This document shows positions 10,313 to 21,055 of a stretch of DNA of 64,000 bases, piece by piece. The stretch is taken from positions 3,392,001 to 3,456,000 of the forward strand of contig OY970166.1 in the NCBI GenBank assembly GCA_963706595.1. The letters run 5' to 3'. Every line of letters begins with the position of its first letter. Positions within the stretch are counted from its first letter, which is position 1. Under the pieces are notes generated by a model that saw only the letters and a program-made list of their open reading frames with translations, did no database searches and was not told the DNA's origin. The position numbers and the translations under genes are program-made. Source of the DNA: an uncultured cyanobacterium (GTDB lineage: Bacteria > Cyanobacteriota > Cyanobacteriia > Cyanobacteriales > Nostocaceae).

Positions 10313-11704
10313 TTATCTGGTGATTTGCATACCTAACCACTCACTTAATTCATGGGCTAACCATTCTAGTTCCGCTTCAGATTGAATGGCACCAGAATTG
10401 ACACCAAGCTGATACTTTTGTACTCCCGCCCAAATTTCCAATTGTGCTGACACTGTAGTTTTATCTCCGTCAGAGTCTTTTGTGATATGTCTGGGAATAT
10501 AAACGAGTTTAGTGATACTTGCTTTGGGCGATGGACGAGGACGATTAATTTTAAATCCCAATAACTCATATCGTAAGGCAATTTGCTGGTCATTTAAGCT
10601 CAGTCTCATCTTGCCAAATAAACCCATTAATAAAGTAGATATCATGAAAAAGCCAGCCCCCCAAAAAGGCAGTGAGAACAAAGCAAAGGGGAGGTTGAGC
10701 GGAAAAGGAGCTGAAAGAGCGCCTATTGTCCAAAAAAGGATAAAAGAGTTCCAGGCGATCGCAAACAAACCTGTAAATACCATCGACGGCTTAAAGCCAA
10801 CTGGTGGAATCAGAATTTCTAGATGATCCCAGTTCTTGGTGAGTTGAATTTTACTCCCAGCAGGTTGAACAACATTTAAAGCATAGGGACTGTTCAATTC
10901 CGACTCATTCAAAGCTTTTAAAGCTGACTCAGCCGAACTTGGCCGCCGTTCCAGGTTGGGTTCAGTCATCCACTGTAACCAGCGAGTTAAGCCGGGACTC
11001 AGATGAGTTAGTTGCTCAAATTGAATGCGAAAATCCTTTTGGGGTAAATCGGCGGGATGATTTCCTGTGATTAAATAAATTAAAGTTGCACCTAAACTAT
11101 AAAGGTCAGAAGCCGGAACAGTTCGCGCCCCAAATTGCTCTGGAGGCATATATCCATAAGTTCCTACCACAGTCCTGGTTCCGCCTTCAGCCGCCAGGAC
11201 AGTTTGTACCGAACCAAAATCGACTAGGTAAACTTGACCAACACTATTCCCAGAACGTTCACCCAATAAAATATTGCTAGGCTTAAGATCACGGTGAATT
11301 ACAGGTGGATGCAGCCCATGTAAGTAAATCAGAATTTCTAAAACTGCTGTGGCTACCTGTTTAATTTCAGCTTCTGTAAAAGTCCGCCCAGTTTGTAAAT
11401 ATTGTTCTAAGGTTTGGGCGGAAATATAACTCTGTACTAGAGCAAATCCTTTAATGTTGGGTGAATTTACTTCAAAATAGTCTAAATAGCGAGGGATAGC
11501 CGGATGGGATAAAGATTTTAATGTTTTGGCTTCACGCTCAAACAGCTTGAGATCATCCCATTCAAAGTCACTATTAAACGAGAGTAACTTGATAACTACC
11601 AATTCCCCGGTTGTCTGATCCTTAGCTAATAGCGATCGCCGCCCGGATTTTTTTCCTAATAGCTGTTGGACTTCGTAGCGGTCGCCTAAAATTTCGCTGA
11701 CCAT
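10313..11704 (-). CDS. Ser/Thr protein kinase with C-terminal membrane domain
   Basis: HRDLKPSN, DFG, GTYGYMPPEQ, SDLYSLG; two TM helices; probable start ATG 11704. Confidence 0.92.
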   Translation of the reverse strand: MVSEILGDRYEVQQLLGKKSGRRSLLAKDQTTGELVVIKLLSFNSDFEWDDLKLFEREAKTLKSLSHPAIPRYLDYFEVNSPNIKGFALVQSYISAQTLEQYLQTGRTFTEAEIKQVATAVLEILIYLHGLHPPVIHRDLKPSNILLGERSGNSVGQVYLVDFGSVQTVLAAEGGTRTVVGTYGYMPPEQFGARTVPASDLYSLGATLIYLITGNHPADLPQKDFRIQFEQLTHLSPGLTRWLQWMTEPNLERRPSSAESALKALNESELNSPYALNVVQPAGSKIQLTKNWDHLEILIPPVGFKPSMVFTGLFAIAWNSFILFWTIGALSAPFPLNLPFALFSLPFWGAGFFMISTLLMGLFGKMRLSLNDQQIALRYELLGFKINRPRPSPKASITKLVYIPRHITKDSDGDKTTVSAQLEIWAGVQKYQLGVNSGAIQSEAELEWLAHELSEWLGMQITR

Positions 11705-11798
11705 GATGATTGCTGATAACGCTGTGTTTAAAAGCTTTTCTAGCTGATGGCTTGTCAAATTGGGCAAGCTGATATCTTTACTATAATTGTGTCTTTCT

Positions 11799-12401
11799 AT
11801 GCCCTCCCAACTTTGGCCTTATATTACCCCTGGTATTCCCGATGAATTGTTTGAGCATTTGCCTGGTATTCCCTTCAGCCAGCGAGAAGTTAGGCTGTTA
11901 TTGATTTCTCAACTGCGGCTCAAACCTGATTCAGTATTATGGGATATTGGGGCGGGAACGGGGACAATTCCCGTAGAAGCGGGTTTGTTGTGTCCTCAAG
12001 GAAAGATTATTGCTGTGGAACGGGATGAAGATGTAGCCAAATTAATTAAGCGTAACTGCGATCGCTTTGAAGTCAAAAATGTGGAAATAATTGAAGGTAG
12101 CGCCCCAGAGTGTTTACATGATCTCAAAGTAGCCCCTGACCGCGTTTGTATTGAGGGTGGAAAACCCATACAGGATATTTTGCCCGCAGTATGGGATTAT
12201 TTGCCGCCATCAGGGAGAGTAGTCGCCACAGCCGTTAATCTAGAAGGCTTGTATGCTATTTCTCAAAGCTTCTCTGTGTTGCGCGCCAGAAATATTGAAG
12301 TCGTCCAATCTGCGGCCAACCGCTTGGAGACGCGGGGCTTTTCTCAAACCTTTACATCTGTTGATCCCATTTTTATCCTCAGTGGTGAGAAACTAGACTA
12401 G
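11799..12401 (+). CDS. cbiT: Precorrin-6Y C5,15-methyltransferase (decarboxylating) CbiT
   Basis: PGIPDELF, WDIGAGTGT, IEGSAPE, GRVVATA. Confidence 0.9.
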   Translation: MPSQLWPYITPGIPDELFEHLPGIPFSQREVRLLLISQLRLKPDSVLWDIGAGTGTIPVEAGLLCPQGKIIAVERDEDVAKLIKRNCDRFEVKNVEIIEGSAPECLHDLKVAPDRVCIEGGKPIQDILPAVWDYLPPSGRVVATAVNLEGLYAISQSFSVLRARNIEVVQSAANRLETRGFSQTFTSVDPIFILSGEKLD

Positions 12402-12485
12402 ATTCAAAGGATGACAACTGAGGCAGAAAGGATCAATCACACCTCATACTTCAGACTTCATCCTTTACACTTCATAATTACTTTT

Positions 12486-13376
12486 ATGCCTTGGTCTCGG
12501 ATTATTAGTGGAATTGTTGCGATCGCTCTTGCTCTGGTTGCAACCCTTTTGGGTGGCTGGTATTTTACCATCGCCATTGCGATAGTTGTATTTTTAGGTC
12601 AAGAAGAATATTTTAATTTGGTACGAGCTAGAGGTATTGTTCCTGCTGCTAAAACTACCATATTTGTCAGCCAAGCCTTACTGGTAATTTGTAACGTTAA
12701 CGAAACTTTGGCTGATGCTGTGATGCCAATAGCTGGGACGTTGATTTGTTTTTATCTCCTGTTTCAACCAAAAATGGCCACCATTGCCGATATTTCCGCT
12801 TCCATTATGGGGTTATTTTATGTGGGTTACTTGTCGAGTTACTGGGTGCGGTTACGCACTCTCGGTAGTCTAGCCCAGAGCAATCTCCCTTTTGGTGGTT
12901 ACTGGCCTACAGATTGGACAAATATCTTACAGCAAAAAAGTTTTGCCTCTCTACCACAAGGGTTAACTTTAACAGTGTTGACTTTTTTGTGCATTTGGGC
13001 GGCTGATATTGGTGCTTACATTATTGGCAAATTCTTTGGCAAAACTCCTTTGTCTAACATCAGTCCCAAAAAAACCGTTGAAGGTGCAGTTTTTGGCATC
13101 ACTGCCAGCATTGCCGTAGCCGTAGCCGGAGCTTATTATCTGGATTTGCCCCAATTCCTGTTCACTGGTGTCGCATTGGGCTTACTGATTGGTATTGCCA
13201 GTCTTTTAGGCGATTTAACTGAGTCTATGCTCAAGCGTGATGCTGGGGTTAAGGATTCAGGGCAGTTGATCCCCGGACACGGTGGTATTTTAGATCGCAC
13301 TGATAGTTATATCTTTACAGCTCCCTTGGTTTACTATTTTGTGACTCTCCTATTACCTTTAATCGCCAATATCTGA
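12486..13376 (+). CDS. cdsA: Phosphatidate cytidylyltransferase
   Basis: SPKKTVEG, GDLTESMLKRDAGVKDSG.LIPGHGGILDR.DS signature. Confidence 0.96.
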   Translation: MPWSRIISGIVAIALALVATLLGGWYFTIAIAIVVFLGQEEYFNLVRARGIVPAAKTTIFVSQALLVICNVNETLADAVMPIAGTLICFYLLFQPKMATIADISASIMGLFYVGYLSSYWVRLRTLGSLAQSNLPFGGYWPTDWTNILQQKSFASLPQGLTLTVLTFLCIWAADIGAYIIGKFFGKTPLSNISPKKTVEGAVFGITASIAVAVAGAYYLDLPQFLFTGVALGLLIGIASLLGDLTESMLKRDAGVKDSGQLIPGHGGILDRTDSYIFTAPLVYYFVTLLLPLIANI

Positions 13377-13412
13377 GGTGTGGTGACTCCCCATTCCTGA
13401 CTCCCAATTCCC

Positions 13413-14126
13413 TCAAGGATTGACGTTAATTCTGCCTTGGCACACCAGCTTACCAGGAATTAAACTGAGTTCTTGAATATCGACATCTGAACCAAGATCC
13501 AGGTTGTAACTATGTTCATCCTCTAAAAGCGGTAATTCCTTTTGGATGACTTGGATCTTGTCTAGCTTCAATTGATGACTGCCAATTAACTCTAAATTTA
13601 AGTAAATTTCAAGAGGCGTGGGTTCGCTGGCTGGTGATAGAATAGCTTTAAGTATAATTTGACTATTACCAAGTATTATTGTTTGCCAAGAAATTCGCTG
13701 GAGTTTTGAGAAATCTTCTGGTAAGATTTTAAACACTACATCATTTAATGCTGTAGATAATAGTTCAGATGAAAGAGAACTATTGAGATCCTTTTCCTCG
13801 ATGAGCAGATTACCAACTACTGGTACTGTTTCTAATAGTTTGACTGGTTGCCCCTTGAGTATGGCTCCTATATTCACCTGAATATTTTCTGCTACGAGTT
13901 GAATTCGTGTAATACTAAGACCTTGATACACGGCATCACTGGCAATTATAGATACCCAAGGAATACAACCAGAGAGGATTTGGCGATCGCTCGCTTTCAT
14001 CTCCACTTCTAACTGTGATACTTCGCTGACTTGTGATTTTAACCAAAGCTTCAGCGCTGTTGTTAGCACATTTGTAATTATGCGGATTTTGTGTGAATTT
14101 TTAGTTGGGGAATTTTTATTAGGCAT
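13413..14126 (-). CDS. DUF2993 (LmeA-like) domain protein
   Basis: Resembles the conserved cyanobacterial family (ALKLWLKSQV...QILSG...AVYQGL) found divergent from the pseudouridine synthase. Confidence 0.7.
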   Translation of the reverse strand: MPNKNSPTKNSHKIRIITNVLTTALKLWLKSQVSEVSQLEVEMKASDRQILSGCIPWVSIIASDAVYQGLSITRIQLVAENIQVNIGAILKGQPVKLLETVPVVGNLLIEEKDLNSSLSSELLSTALNDVVFKILPEDFSKLQRISWQTIILGNSQIILKAILSPASEPTPLEIYLNLELIGSHQLKLDKIQVIQKELPLLEDEHSYNLDLGSDVDIQELSLIPGKLVCQGRINVNP

Positions 14127-14270
14127 TTAACCACTCTGTTGGTCGGAATTTGCTCAACCACTAACTCAACTTAAATAGGCTTTAAATGTAACATTGATGG
14201 CTACTTAGCACAAAACATAAATATTATGTTTACTCTCTAAAAACTTTAGATCATACACAGTAAGTTGAAG

Positions 14271-15065
14271 ATGGAGGCACGGGTACAAAAAATTTTAGCT
14301 CAATGGGGGATCGCCTCACGTCGTGAAGCTGAAGACATGATTCGGCGATCGCGTGTGCAGATCAATGGCTTATTGGCACATCTAGGTCAAAAAGTTGACC
14401 CAGAAAGAGATAAGATTTCAGTAGATGGTCAGCCAGTAACTAATCAGCAGCGGCCGCCTTTAATATATCTATTGCTAAACAAACCAGCCGGAGTAGTTTC
14501 CACTTGCTATGACCCTCAAGGTAGAAAAACAGTTTTGGATTTACTCCCCCTAGAATTACGCGCAGGTTCAGGTTTGCACCCAGTTGGTCGTTTAGATGCA
14601 GAATCCACCGGAATACTAATATTGACAAACGATGGAGACTTGACATTTGGACTCACCCATCCCAGTCACAGTATTCCTAAAACTTATCAGGTTGTGGTCA
14701 AAGGACATCCTTCTCAAGCAGTTCTAGAAATGTGGTGTCAAGGCGTGGTCTTAGACGGGAAAAAAACACGTCCCGCAAAAGTACGCTTGATCGCAACTCT
14801 TGCAAAAAATACCCATTTAGAAATAGTTTTAAAGGAGGGAAGAAACCGACAAATTCGCCGTGTAGCACAACAGTTGGGATATCCAGTCATTGAGCTACAT
14901 CGTAGTTCCATCGGCCCAATTCAATTACAAATGCCAAACATACCCTTTTTAAGTGAGGGTAACTATCGTTCTCTTAAAGATGCCGAAATTCGTTTTTTAA
15001 AAGAGCATATTCAGCATCTACCAATTAAAGATTCAGCTAAGGTCAGGAGATCAGGAAAAGCATGA
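14271..15065 (+). CDS. rRNA pseudouridine synthase (RsuA/RluB family)
   Basis: S4 domain (GIASRREAE), LNKPAG, PVGRLD, EGRNRQIRR. Confidence 0.93.
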   Translation: MEARVQKILAQWGIASRREAEDMIRRSRVQINGLLAHLGQKVDPERDKISVDGQPVTNQQRPPLIYLLLNKPAGVVSTCYDPQGRKTVLDLLPLELRAGSGLHPVGRLDAESTGILILTNDGDLTFGLTHPSHSIPKTYQVVVKGHPSQAVLEMWCQGVVLDGKKTRPAKVRLIATLAKNTHLEIVLKEGRNRQIRRVAQQLGYPVIELHRSSIGPIQLQMPNIPFLSEGNYRSLKDAEIRFLKEHIQHLPIKDSAKVRRSGKA

Positions 15066-15868
15066 AATGGCTCAGAAGTAAAGAAAAAGAGCAGCCCAAA
15101 CTGTCATTAGAACAACAGCAAGCGGAAAAATTGGCAGAATTGGGCGATCGCCTCCGGGCTTCTCGTGAAAAACGGGCTTCATCACTTGAAGAAATGGTAG
15201 TTTTAACCAAAATTCCCCGGCGGTTGTTACAGGCCATGGAAGAAGGTAAATTAGATGACCTCCCAGAACCAGTTTATGTTCAAGGTTTAATCAGACAATT
15301 TGCCGACGCATTAGGCTTTAATGGAGTGGAATTTGCCAGCAGTTTTCCTCTCGGTTCTCAACCAGTGAGTGTACCGCCTACCGAGAAATATCAATCAATT
15401 GGTTTACTACGTCCGCTTCACCTTTACTTACTTTACATATTTGTCATTGTATGCTCCGTAAGTAGCTTATCTCAAGTCCTGAATAATAATGCTGTGAGCG
15501 ACAGCAATCAAGATTCACCGAGAGACACTGTTTTCAAACCAGCAGAAAATAACTTAAATTCTCAAGCTTTAACCAAAATAAACCCTATTAACAACAACCT
15601 TAATCGCACCAATAACGATCAATCAGTACATATTGGTGTCACCTTAAAAGCATCATCTTGGATTCGTGTCGTCGCTGATGGCAAAATCGAGTTTGAAGGC
15701 GTTCTCCCAGAAGGATCTCAGCGCACTTGGAAAGCCCAAGAACAACTAACGGTAAAAACCGATAATGCAGGTAGTGTGTTGATGAGTGTCAATCAGCAAC
15801 AAGCGCAACGGATGGGAGAACCAGGAAAAGAGAGAGAAATCAAGATAGCTGCGAAACCGAGGTCTTGA
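15062..15868 (+). CDS. RodZ-like HTH membrane protein (DUF4115)
   Basis: N-terminal HTH (LPEPVYVQGLIRQFA), one TM helix, C-terminal SWIRVVADGK...NAG. Confidence 0.85.
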   Translation: MKWLRSKEKEQPKLSLEQQQAEKLAELGDRLRASREKRASSLEEMVVLTKIPRRLLQAMEEGKLDDLPEPVYVQGLIRQFADALGFNGVEFASSFPLGSQPVSVPPTEKYQSIGLLRPLHLYLLYIFVIVCSVSSLSQVLNNNAVSDSNQDSPRDTVFKPAENNLNSQALTKINPINNNLNRTNNDQSVHIGVTLKASSWIRVVADGKIEFEGVLPEGSQRTWKAQEQLTVKTDNAGSVLMSVNQQQAQRMGEPGKEREIKIAAKPRS

Positions 15869-15890
15869 AACAGTTAACAGTTAACAGTGT

Positions 15891-15970
15891 GTAGGGTGTG
15901 TTGTCGCGTAGCGCAACGCACCATCTTCAATTCTCGGTGCGTTAGGACTAGCGTCCATAACGCACCCTAC
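15891..15970. repeat. 80-bp REP-like double hairpin (GTAGGGTG...CACCCTAC)
   Basis: GTAG/CTAC termini with internal hairpins; same family at 24372-24450 and inside the 214-bp array. Confidence 0.85.
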
Positions 15971-16050
15971 GAGGTTCAAGCTGGAAAGTTTTTCTCCCCT
16001 GCACCCTGCCCCCTGCACCCCTGCCTCTTTCCCCCTGCCCCTCTGCCTCT

Positions 16051-17559
16051 TCACTTCGCCTGGGGTGCGCGTCCATAGAGTTGAGTCAGATTTTTTAGTC
16101 TCTCCCCTAATTCTGGTGTCAACAATGACGGCTGATAACGCCAACCCCAATTACCTTCAGCAGTGCTGGGAAAATTCATCCGCGCCTCGGTTCCCAAACC
16201 TAAAATATCTTGCAAAGGAATAATTGCTTGATTAGCGATAGAACTCAAAGCTAGTCGAATTACATCCCAGTGGATACCTTCAGGACTGATACAACCTAAA
16301 TACAGTAATAAGTTGCGCTTTTCCCAATCGTTAGCTTGATTGAACCAGCCTACAGTTGTGTCATTATCGTGAGTTCCAGTGTAAACTACAGCATTGCGTG
16401 TGTAGTTGAAGGGTAAAAAAGCATTACCGGGATCAGAACCAAAAGCAAACTGCAAGACCTTCATACCGGGAAATTCATACTTATCCCGCAGTGCTTCTAC
16501 TTCTGGGGTAATTACTCCCAAATCTTCCGCTAAAACGGGTAAAGTCCCTAATTTAGCTTTAATCGCATCAAATAATTCATCTCCTGGGGCTTTCATCCAC
16601 ACTCCATTCATGGCTGTGTCTTCTCCTTGTTCTACAGCCCAGTAAGCTTCAAATCCCCGGAAGTGGTCAATGCGAATGACATCTATATAATCCAGCATCG
16701 CTTCAAAGCGACCCAGCCACCACTTAAAGTCTTGTTTTTGTAATTCTTCCCAGTTATAAACCGGATTGCCCCATAATTGACCAGTCTCACTAAAGTAATC
16801 TGGTGGAACTCCCGCCATTAAAGCCGGTTCCATAGTCTCTTCATCTAGACAAAAGATATGAGGATGCGCCCAGACATCAGCGCTATCTTGGGCTACATAG
16901 ATAGGAATATCGCCAATAATATAAATCCCGCTCATGTTGGCATAAGATTTGAGTTCTGACCACTGGCGGAAAAATTCAAATTGGACAAATTTATAATAAT
17001 AAATTTCCGAGGTTAATTTTTCCTTAGCTTGATCTATGGCTGCTGGTTCGCGCTTGACAAGTTCTGATTCCCAAGTATGCCAGCTTGTATTATCATTAGC
17101 ATCTTTAAGCGCCATAAATAAGGCGTAATCGTCCAGCCAATAGGCTTTGCTGTCACAAAAACCGGCAAATTCTTTTTGTTGAAAAGGTGTGGCTTTAACT
17201 TGGAAATTATGGCAAGCTTTTTTGAGTAATGCAATCTTGATTTCGTTTACTTGGTCGTAATCTACCTGAGATTCGTTAAATGCTGGTAAATTAGCAAAGT
17301 CTTCTTCAGCGAGTAAACCTTGTTCTTGCAGTTGTTCTGGACTGATAAGCATGGGGTTTCCCGCCATTGCTGAATATGCAGCATAGGGAGAATTTCCGTA
17401 TCCAGTCGGTCCTAATGGTAAGACTTGCCAATATTGCTGGTAAGTTTCTCTGAGAAAATCAATAAATTTATAGGCTTCTAAGCCTAAGTCCCCAATACCA
17501 AATCGGCTGGGAAAAGATGTAGGATGCAGCAAAATACCACTGGATCTAGGAAAAGGCAT
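16051..17559 (-). CDS. malQ: 4-alpha-glucanotransferase
   Basis: SSGILLHPTS, GVPPDYFSETGQLWGNP, RIDHFRG, AEDLG, YTGTHDN. Confidence 0.97.
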   Translation of the reverse strand: MPFPRSSGILLHPTSFPSRFGIGDLGLEAYKFIDFLRETYQQYWQVLPLGPTGYGNSPYAAYSAMAGNPMLISPEQLQEQGLLAEEDFANLPAFNESQVDYDQVNEIKIALLKKACHNFQVKATPFQQKEFAGFCDSKAYWLDDYALFMALKDANDNTSWHTWESELVKREPAAIDQAKEKLTSEIYYYKFVQFEFFRQWSELKSYANMSGIYIIGDIPIYVAQDSADVWAHPHIFCLDEETMEPALMAGVPPDYFSETGQLWGNPVYNWEELQKQDFKWWLGRFEAMLDYIDVIRIDHFRGFEAYWAVEQGEDTAMNGVWMKAPGDELFDAIKAKLGTLPVLAEDLGVITPEVEALRDKYEFPGMKVLQFAFGSDPGNAFLPFNYTRNAVVYTGTHDNDTTVGWFNQANDWEKRNLLLYLGCISPEGIHWDVIRLALSSIANQAIIPLQDILGLGTEARMNFPSTAEGNWGWRYQPSLLTPELGERLKNLTQLYGRAPQAK

Positions 17560-17786
17560 ATTTAACTTCAAATATAGAAATGAGCGATCCCATAGAATCT
17601 ATCATGCTCAGGTCAACATTGAAAGCTGTCTGAAGATTGAAGGATATGGCGAAATCAGGTTGGAGAGACGCGATAAATTGCCGTCTCTACAGAAAATATA
17701 TCCGGCAATTATTTTTTGACAAAATACTAGATTTATCTGTAGATAGAACCAAAATCTAAAATCTAAAATCTAAAATCCAAAATTGT

Positions 17787-18224
17787 ATGACTTATAGAAA
17801 TCCTGCACCGACGGTTGATATCATCATTGAGTTGGTGGATCGTCCACATCGACCGATTGTGTTAATTGAGCGCCATAATTCACCTTTGGGTTGGGCTATT
17901 CCTGGTGGTTTTGTGGATTATGGTGAGGCGGTGGAAGTGGCGGCGCGGCGGGAGGCGGCTGAGGAAACGGGTTTGCAGGTGGAGTTAATTGAACAGTTTT
18001 TGGTCTATTCTGACCCTGACCGGGATGAGCGTCAGCATACTATCAGTATTGTGTTTTTGGCAACTGCAACGGGGGAACCAATGGCGGGTGATGATGCTAA
18101 GAATGTCGGGGTTTTTGAGTCTTGGCGTGTGCCGAGTAATTTATGTTTTGACCATGACCGGATTTTGCAGGATTATTGGCGGTATCGGCATTATGGGTTG
18201 CGTCCGAGGTTGGGTTTTGATTAA
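17787..18224 (+). CDS. NUDIX hydrolase
   Basis: Nudix box GGFVDYGE...[19 protein letters not shown]. Confidence 0.92.
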   Translation: MTYRNPAPTVDIIIELVDRPHRPIVLIERHNSPLGWAIPGGFVDYGEAVEVAARREAAEETGLQVELIEQFLVYSDPDRDERQHTISIVFLATATGEPMAGDDAKNVGVFESWRVPSNLCFDHDRILQDYWRYRHYGLRPRLGFD

Positions 18225-18306
18225 CGAACCGCCAAGTCGCCAAGAACGCCAAGAGAAGAGAGAATTTGTGCGATTATACTGAGATAATCGTATTTTAGGG
18301 TGCTTT

Positions 18307-19608
18307 ATGAATGCTGAGACATTGTTGGAGAAATATGCCGCAGGAGAACGCCTATTTCAACAAGTAAATCTGGCGGAAGAAAATCTCAAAGGTGCTGACT
18401 TAAGTGAGATCGACCTCTATGGTACAAACTTGAAGGGAACTGATTTAAGTGAAGCAAATTTAACTAAAGCAATCCTTAATAGTGCAGATTTTACTAAAGC
18501 GTCTCTCAAAAACGCCGATTTACACAGCATTAATGCTCCTTCATCAATATTTATTTGGGCAGACCTGAATGGTGCTGACTTAAGTTGGTCAACCTTGAAA
18601 GATGCTCAATTTAACTATGCAAACTTAGAACAGGCAACTCTAATAGGAGTAAATTTAACCAATGCAAAATTATCATTTGCAAACCTAGATATGGCAAACC
18701 TTAGTGGTGCCAATCTGAGTAATGCAGAACTAAGGGTTGCTTCATTAAGTGGAGCAAATTTGAGTAAGGCTTTGTTCAATAAAGCAGATTTAGAAGGATC
18801 ATACTTAATCGGAGCTAATTTTACTCTGGCAACTTTAATTGAAGCCAAGTTACAAAAGGCCAAAATTCAAGGAGCTAAATTTCAGAGAGCAAATCTATCT
18901 CAAGTTAATTTTTCCGGGATGGATTTAGCTAATTGCGATTTTACAGGGGCAAGTCTAGATGGTACAAATCTGACAAAAGCTATTTTTCAAGGGGCAAATT
19001 TAGAAAGGGCTAAACTGCGATACGCAAATCTTACTAGAGCAAATCTAGATGGTGCAAATCTCAGAAGAGCAGACTTAACAGGAGCAGACATTTACGGTGC
19101 TACCTTTAAAAATGCTGACCTAACTGGTGCGATAATGCCTGATGGGGAAGTTTACCAGCCGACAACCTCTGAGGGGGAAATTGGTCAGCCAGAAACATTA
19201 TTAGAAGAAGTGATATTTATGACTCGTCAAGTAATTCGTACAGATAACGCACCGGCTCCAGTAGGACCATATAATCAAGCGATCGCCGCTTCCGGTAAAA
19301 TGATCTTCGTAGCTGGTCAAATTGCCATTGACCCCCGCCTCGGTGATGTCGTCTACACGGATGACATAAACAAGCAAACGGAGCAGGTAATGGCTAATAT
19401 GGAGGCTATTCTGATTGCATCTGGGGCAACCTTTGAAAGCGTGGTCAAAACCACAGTATTTTTAGCTGATATGAATGATTTTGCCGCAGTCAATGCGATT
19501 TATGCAAAATATTTTCCTGAAGAAACCGCCCCAGCCCGTGCTTGTGTGCAAGTCTCACGTCTCCCAAAGAATGTTTTAGTGGAAATTGATTGTGTTGCAG
19601 TAATTTGA
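18307..19608 (+). CDS. Pentapeptide-repeat / RidA (YjgF/UK114) fusion protein, copy 1
   Basis: A(D/N)L pentapeptide repeats followed by a RidA domain (APVGPYNQA, AGQI, VKTTVFL, PARACV, EID). Confidence 0.9.
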   Translation: MNAETLLEKYAAGERLFQQVNLAEENLKGADLSEIDLYGTNLKGTDLSEANLTKAILNSADFTKASLKNADLHSINAPSSIFIWADLNGADLSWSTLKDAQFNYANLEQATLIGVNLTNAKLSFANLDMANLSGANLSNAELRVASLSGANLSKALFNKADLEGSYLIGANFTLATLIEAKLQKAKIQGAKFQRANLSQVNFSGMDLANCDFTGASLDGTNLTKAIFQGANLERAKLRYANLTRANLDGANLRRADLTGADIYGATFKNADLTGAIMPDGEVYQPTTSEGEIGQPETLLEEVIFMTRQVIRTDNAPAPVGPYNQAIAASGKMIFVAGQIAIDPRLGDVVYTDDINKQTEQVMANMEAILIASGATFESVVKTTVFLADMNDFAAVNAIYAKYFPEETAPARACVQVSRLPKNVLVEIDCVAVI

Positions 19609-19708
19609 AAACTTGATTTGGATTAACTAACCGCCAAGTCGCCAAGTACGCCAAGAGAAGAGAGAATTTCTGCGATTATACTGGGTTGGTGTTATTTTAG
19701 GTTGCGTT

Positions 19709-20830
19709 ATGGGTGCTGATGAATTGTTGGAGAAATATGCCGCAGGAGAACGGAAATTTCAAAAAGCAAATTTAAGTGGAGTAGACCTCAAAGGTGCAAA
19801 GTTAAAAGAGATAGACCTATATAAAACAAATTTGAGTGGAGCGGATTTAAGTGAAGCAACACTAAAAAAAGCTAATCTTTGGGAAGCAAGCCTCTCTAGA
19901 GCATCCTTAAAATGTACAAATTTGACACAAATTCAAGGCGGAGGGCTGAATTTGACTTCGGCTGACCTGAGTGGTGCGGATTTAAGCTACGCAAATTTGA
20001 ATGCAGCAAATCTTTTTGGGGCAGATTTAACAAACGTAAACTTGACACAGGCTAATCTCACTAACGCATTAATTGAAAATGCTAATCTCCAAAAAGCTCA
20101 ACTTCGGGGAGTCAGTTTGGAGAAATCTAATTTGTCAGGGGTGAATTTAGCTGAGGCGGATTTAGTTGGGGTATCCCTAGAACAAGCAAATCTTCAAGAA
20201 GCCTGTTTGCAAGGAGCAAATTTAGAAAGAACCAATTTTTCCAGTGCAAATTTAATGCTGGCAAATTTTGATGGTGCAAATCTGAAAAAGGCGAATTTAA
20301 CTGGAGCCAATATTTACGGTGCAACCTTCAAAAATGCAGACCTCACTGGTGCGATAATGCCTAATGGGCAAGTTTACCAGCCAACAACCTCTGAGGGAGA
20401 AACTGGTCAGCCAGAAACATTATTAGAAAAAGTGATATTTATGACTCGTGAAGTAATTCGCACAGATAACGCACCTTCTCCAGTGGGACCATATAATCAG
20501 GCGATCGCCGCTTCCGGTAAAATGATCTTCGTAGCTGGTCAAATTGCCATCGATCCTCGCCTCGGTGATGTCGTCTATACAGATGATGTGAAAAAGCAAA
20601 CCGAGCAGGTAATGGCTAATATGGAAGCCATTCTGACAGCATCTGGTGCGAAGTTTGAAAACGTGGTCAAAACCACAGTATTTTTAGCTGATATGAATGA
20701 CTTTGCCACAGTAAACGCGATTTATGCTCAATATTTCCCTGAAGAAACCGCCCCAGCCCGTGCTTGTGTGCAGGTTTCTCGCCTACCAAAAAATGTTCTA
20801 GTAGAAATAGATTGCATAGCAGTCATCTAA
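19709..20830 (+). CDS. Pentapeptide-repeat / RidA fusion protein, copy 2
   Basis: Same architecture as copy 1, near-identical RidA domain, 60 aa shorter overall. Confidence 0.9.
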   Translation: MGADELLEKYAAGERKFQKANLSGVDLKGAKLKEIDLYKTNLSGADLSEATLKKANLWEASLSRASLKCTNLTQIQGGGLNLTSADLSGADLSYANLNAANLFGADLTNVNLTQANLTNALIENANLQKAQLRGVSLEKSNLSGVNLAEADLVGVSLEQANLQEACLQGANLERTNFSSANLMLANFDGANLKKANLTGANIYGATFKNADLTGAIMPNGQVYQPTTSEGETGQPETLLEKVIFMTREVIRTDNAPSPVGPYNQAIAASGKMIFVAGQIAIDPRLGDVVYTDDVKKQTEQVMANMEAILTASGAKFENVVKTTVFLADMNDFATVNAIYAQYFPEETAPARACVQVSRLPKNVLVEIDCIAVI

Positions 20831-20860
20831 AAACTTTTTACTACAGCCATTATACTCTTG

Positions 20861-20898
20861 CTCCCCTCCTCGCTTGCGGGGAGGGGCTGGGGGTGGGG
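20861..20898. repeat. Short dispersed repeat, inverted copy of 38211-38248
   Basis: CTCCCCTCCTCGCTTGCGGGGAGGGGCTGGGGGTGGGG is the reverse complement of 38211-38248. Confidence 0.85.
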
Positions 20899-20942
20899 TT
20901 TCCGAGTTAAGCGATCGCCTTCAGAAATATTATCAGATGCAG

Positions 20943-20998
20943 GCGATGGGCAAAGCCCCGCCAAAGGCGATGGGCAAAGCCCCGCCAAAGGCGAACGC
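20943..20998. repeat. Two tandem 24-nt SDR units in a HIP1-like site
   Basis: (GCGATGGGCAAAGCCCCGCCAAAG)x2 followed by GCGAACGC; a near-identical unit lies at 42601. Confidence 0.8.
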
Positions 20999-21055
20999 AC
21001 ACAATAAATACTTATTAAATTTTCTCAATAAAAAATTACAAAATTCCCAGCAGAT

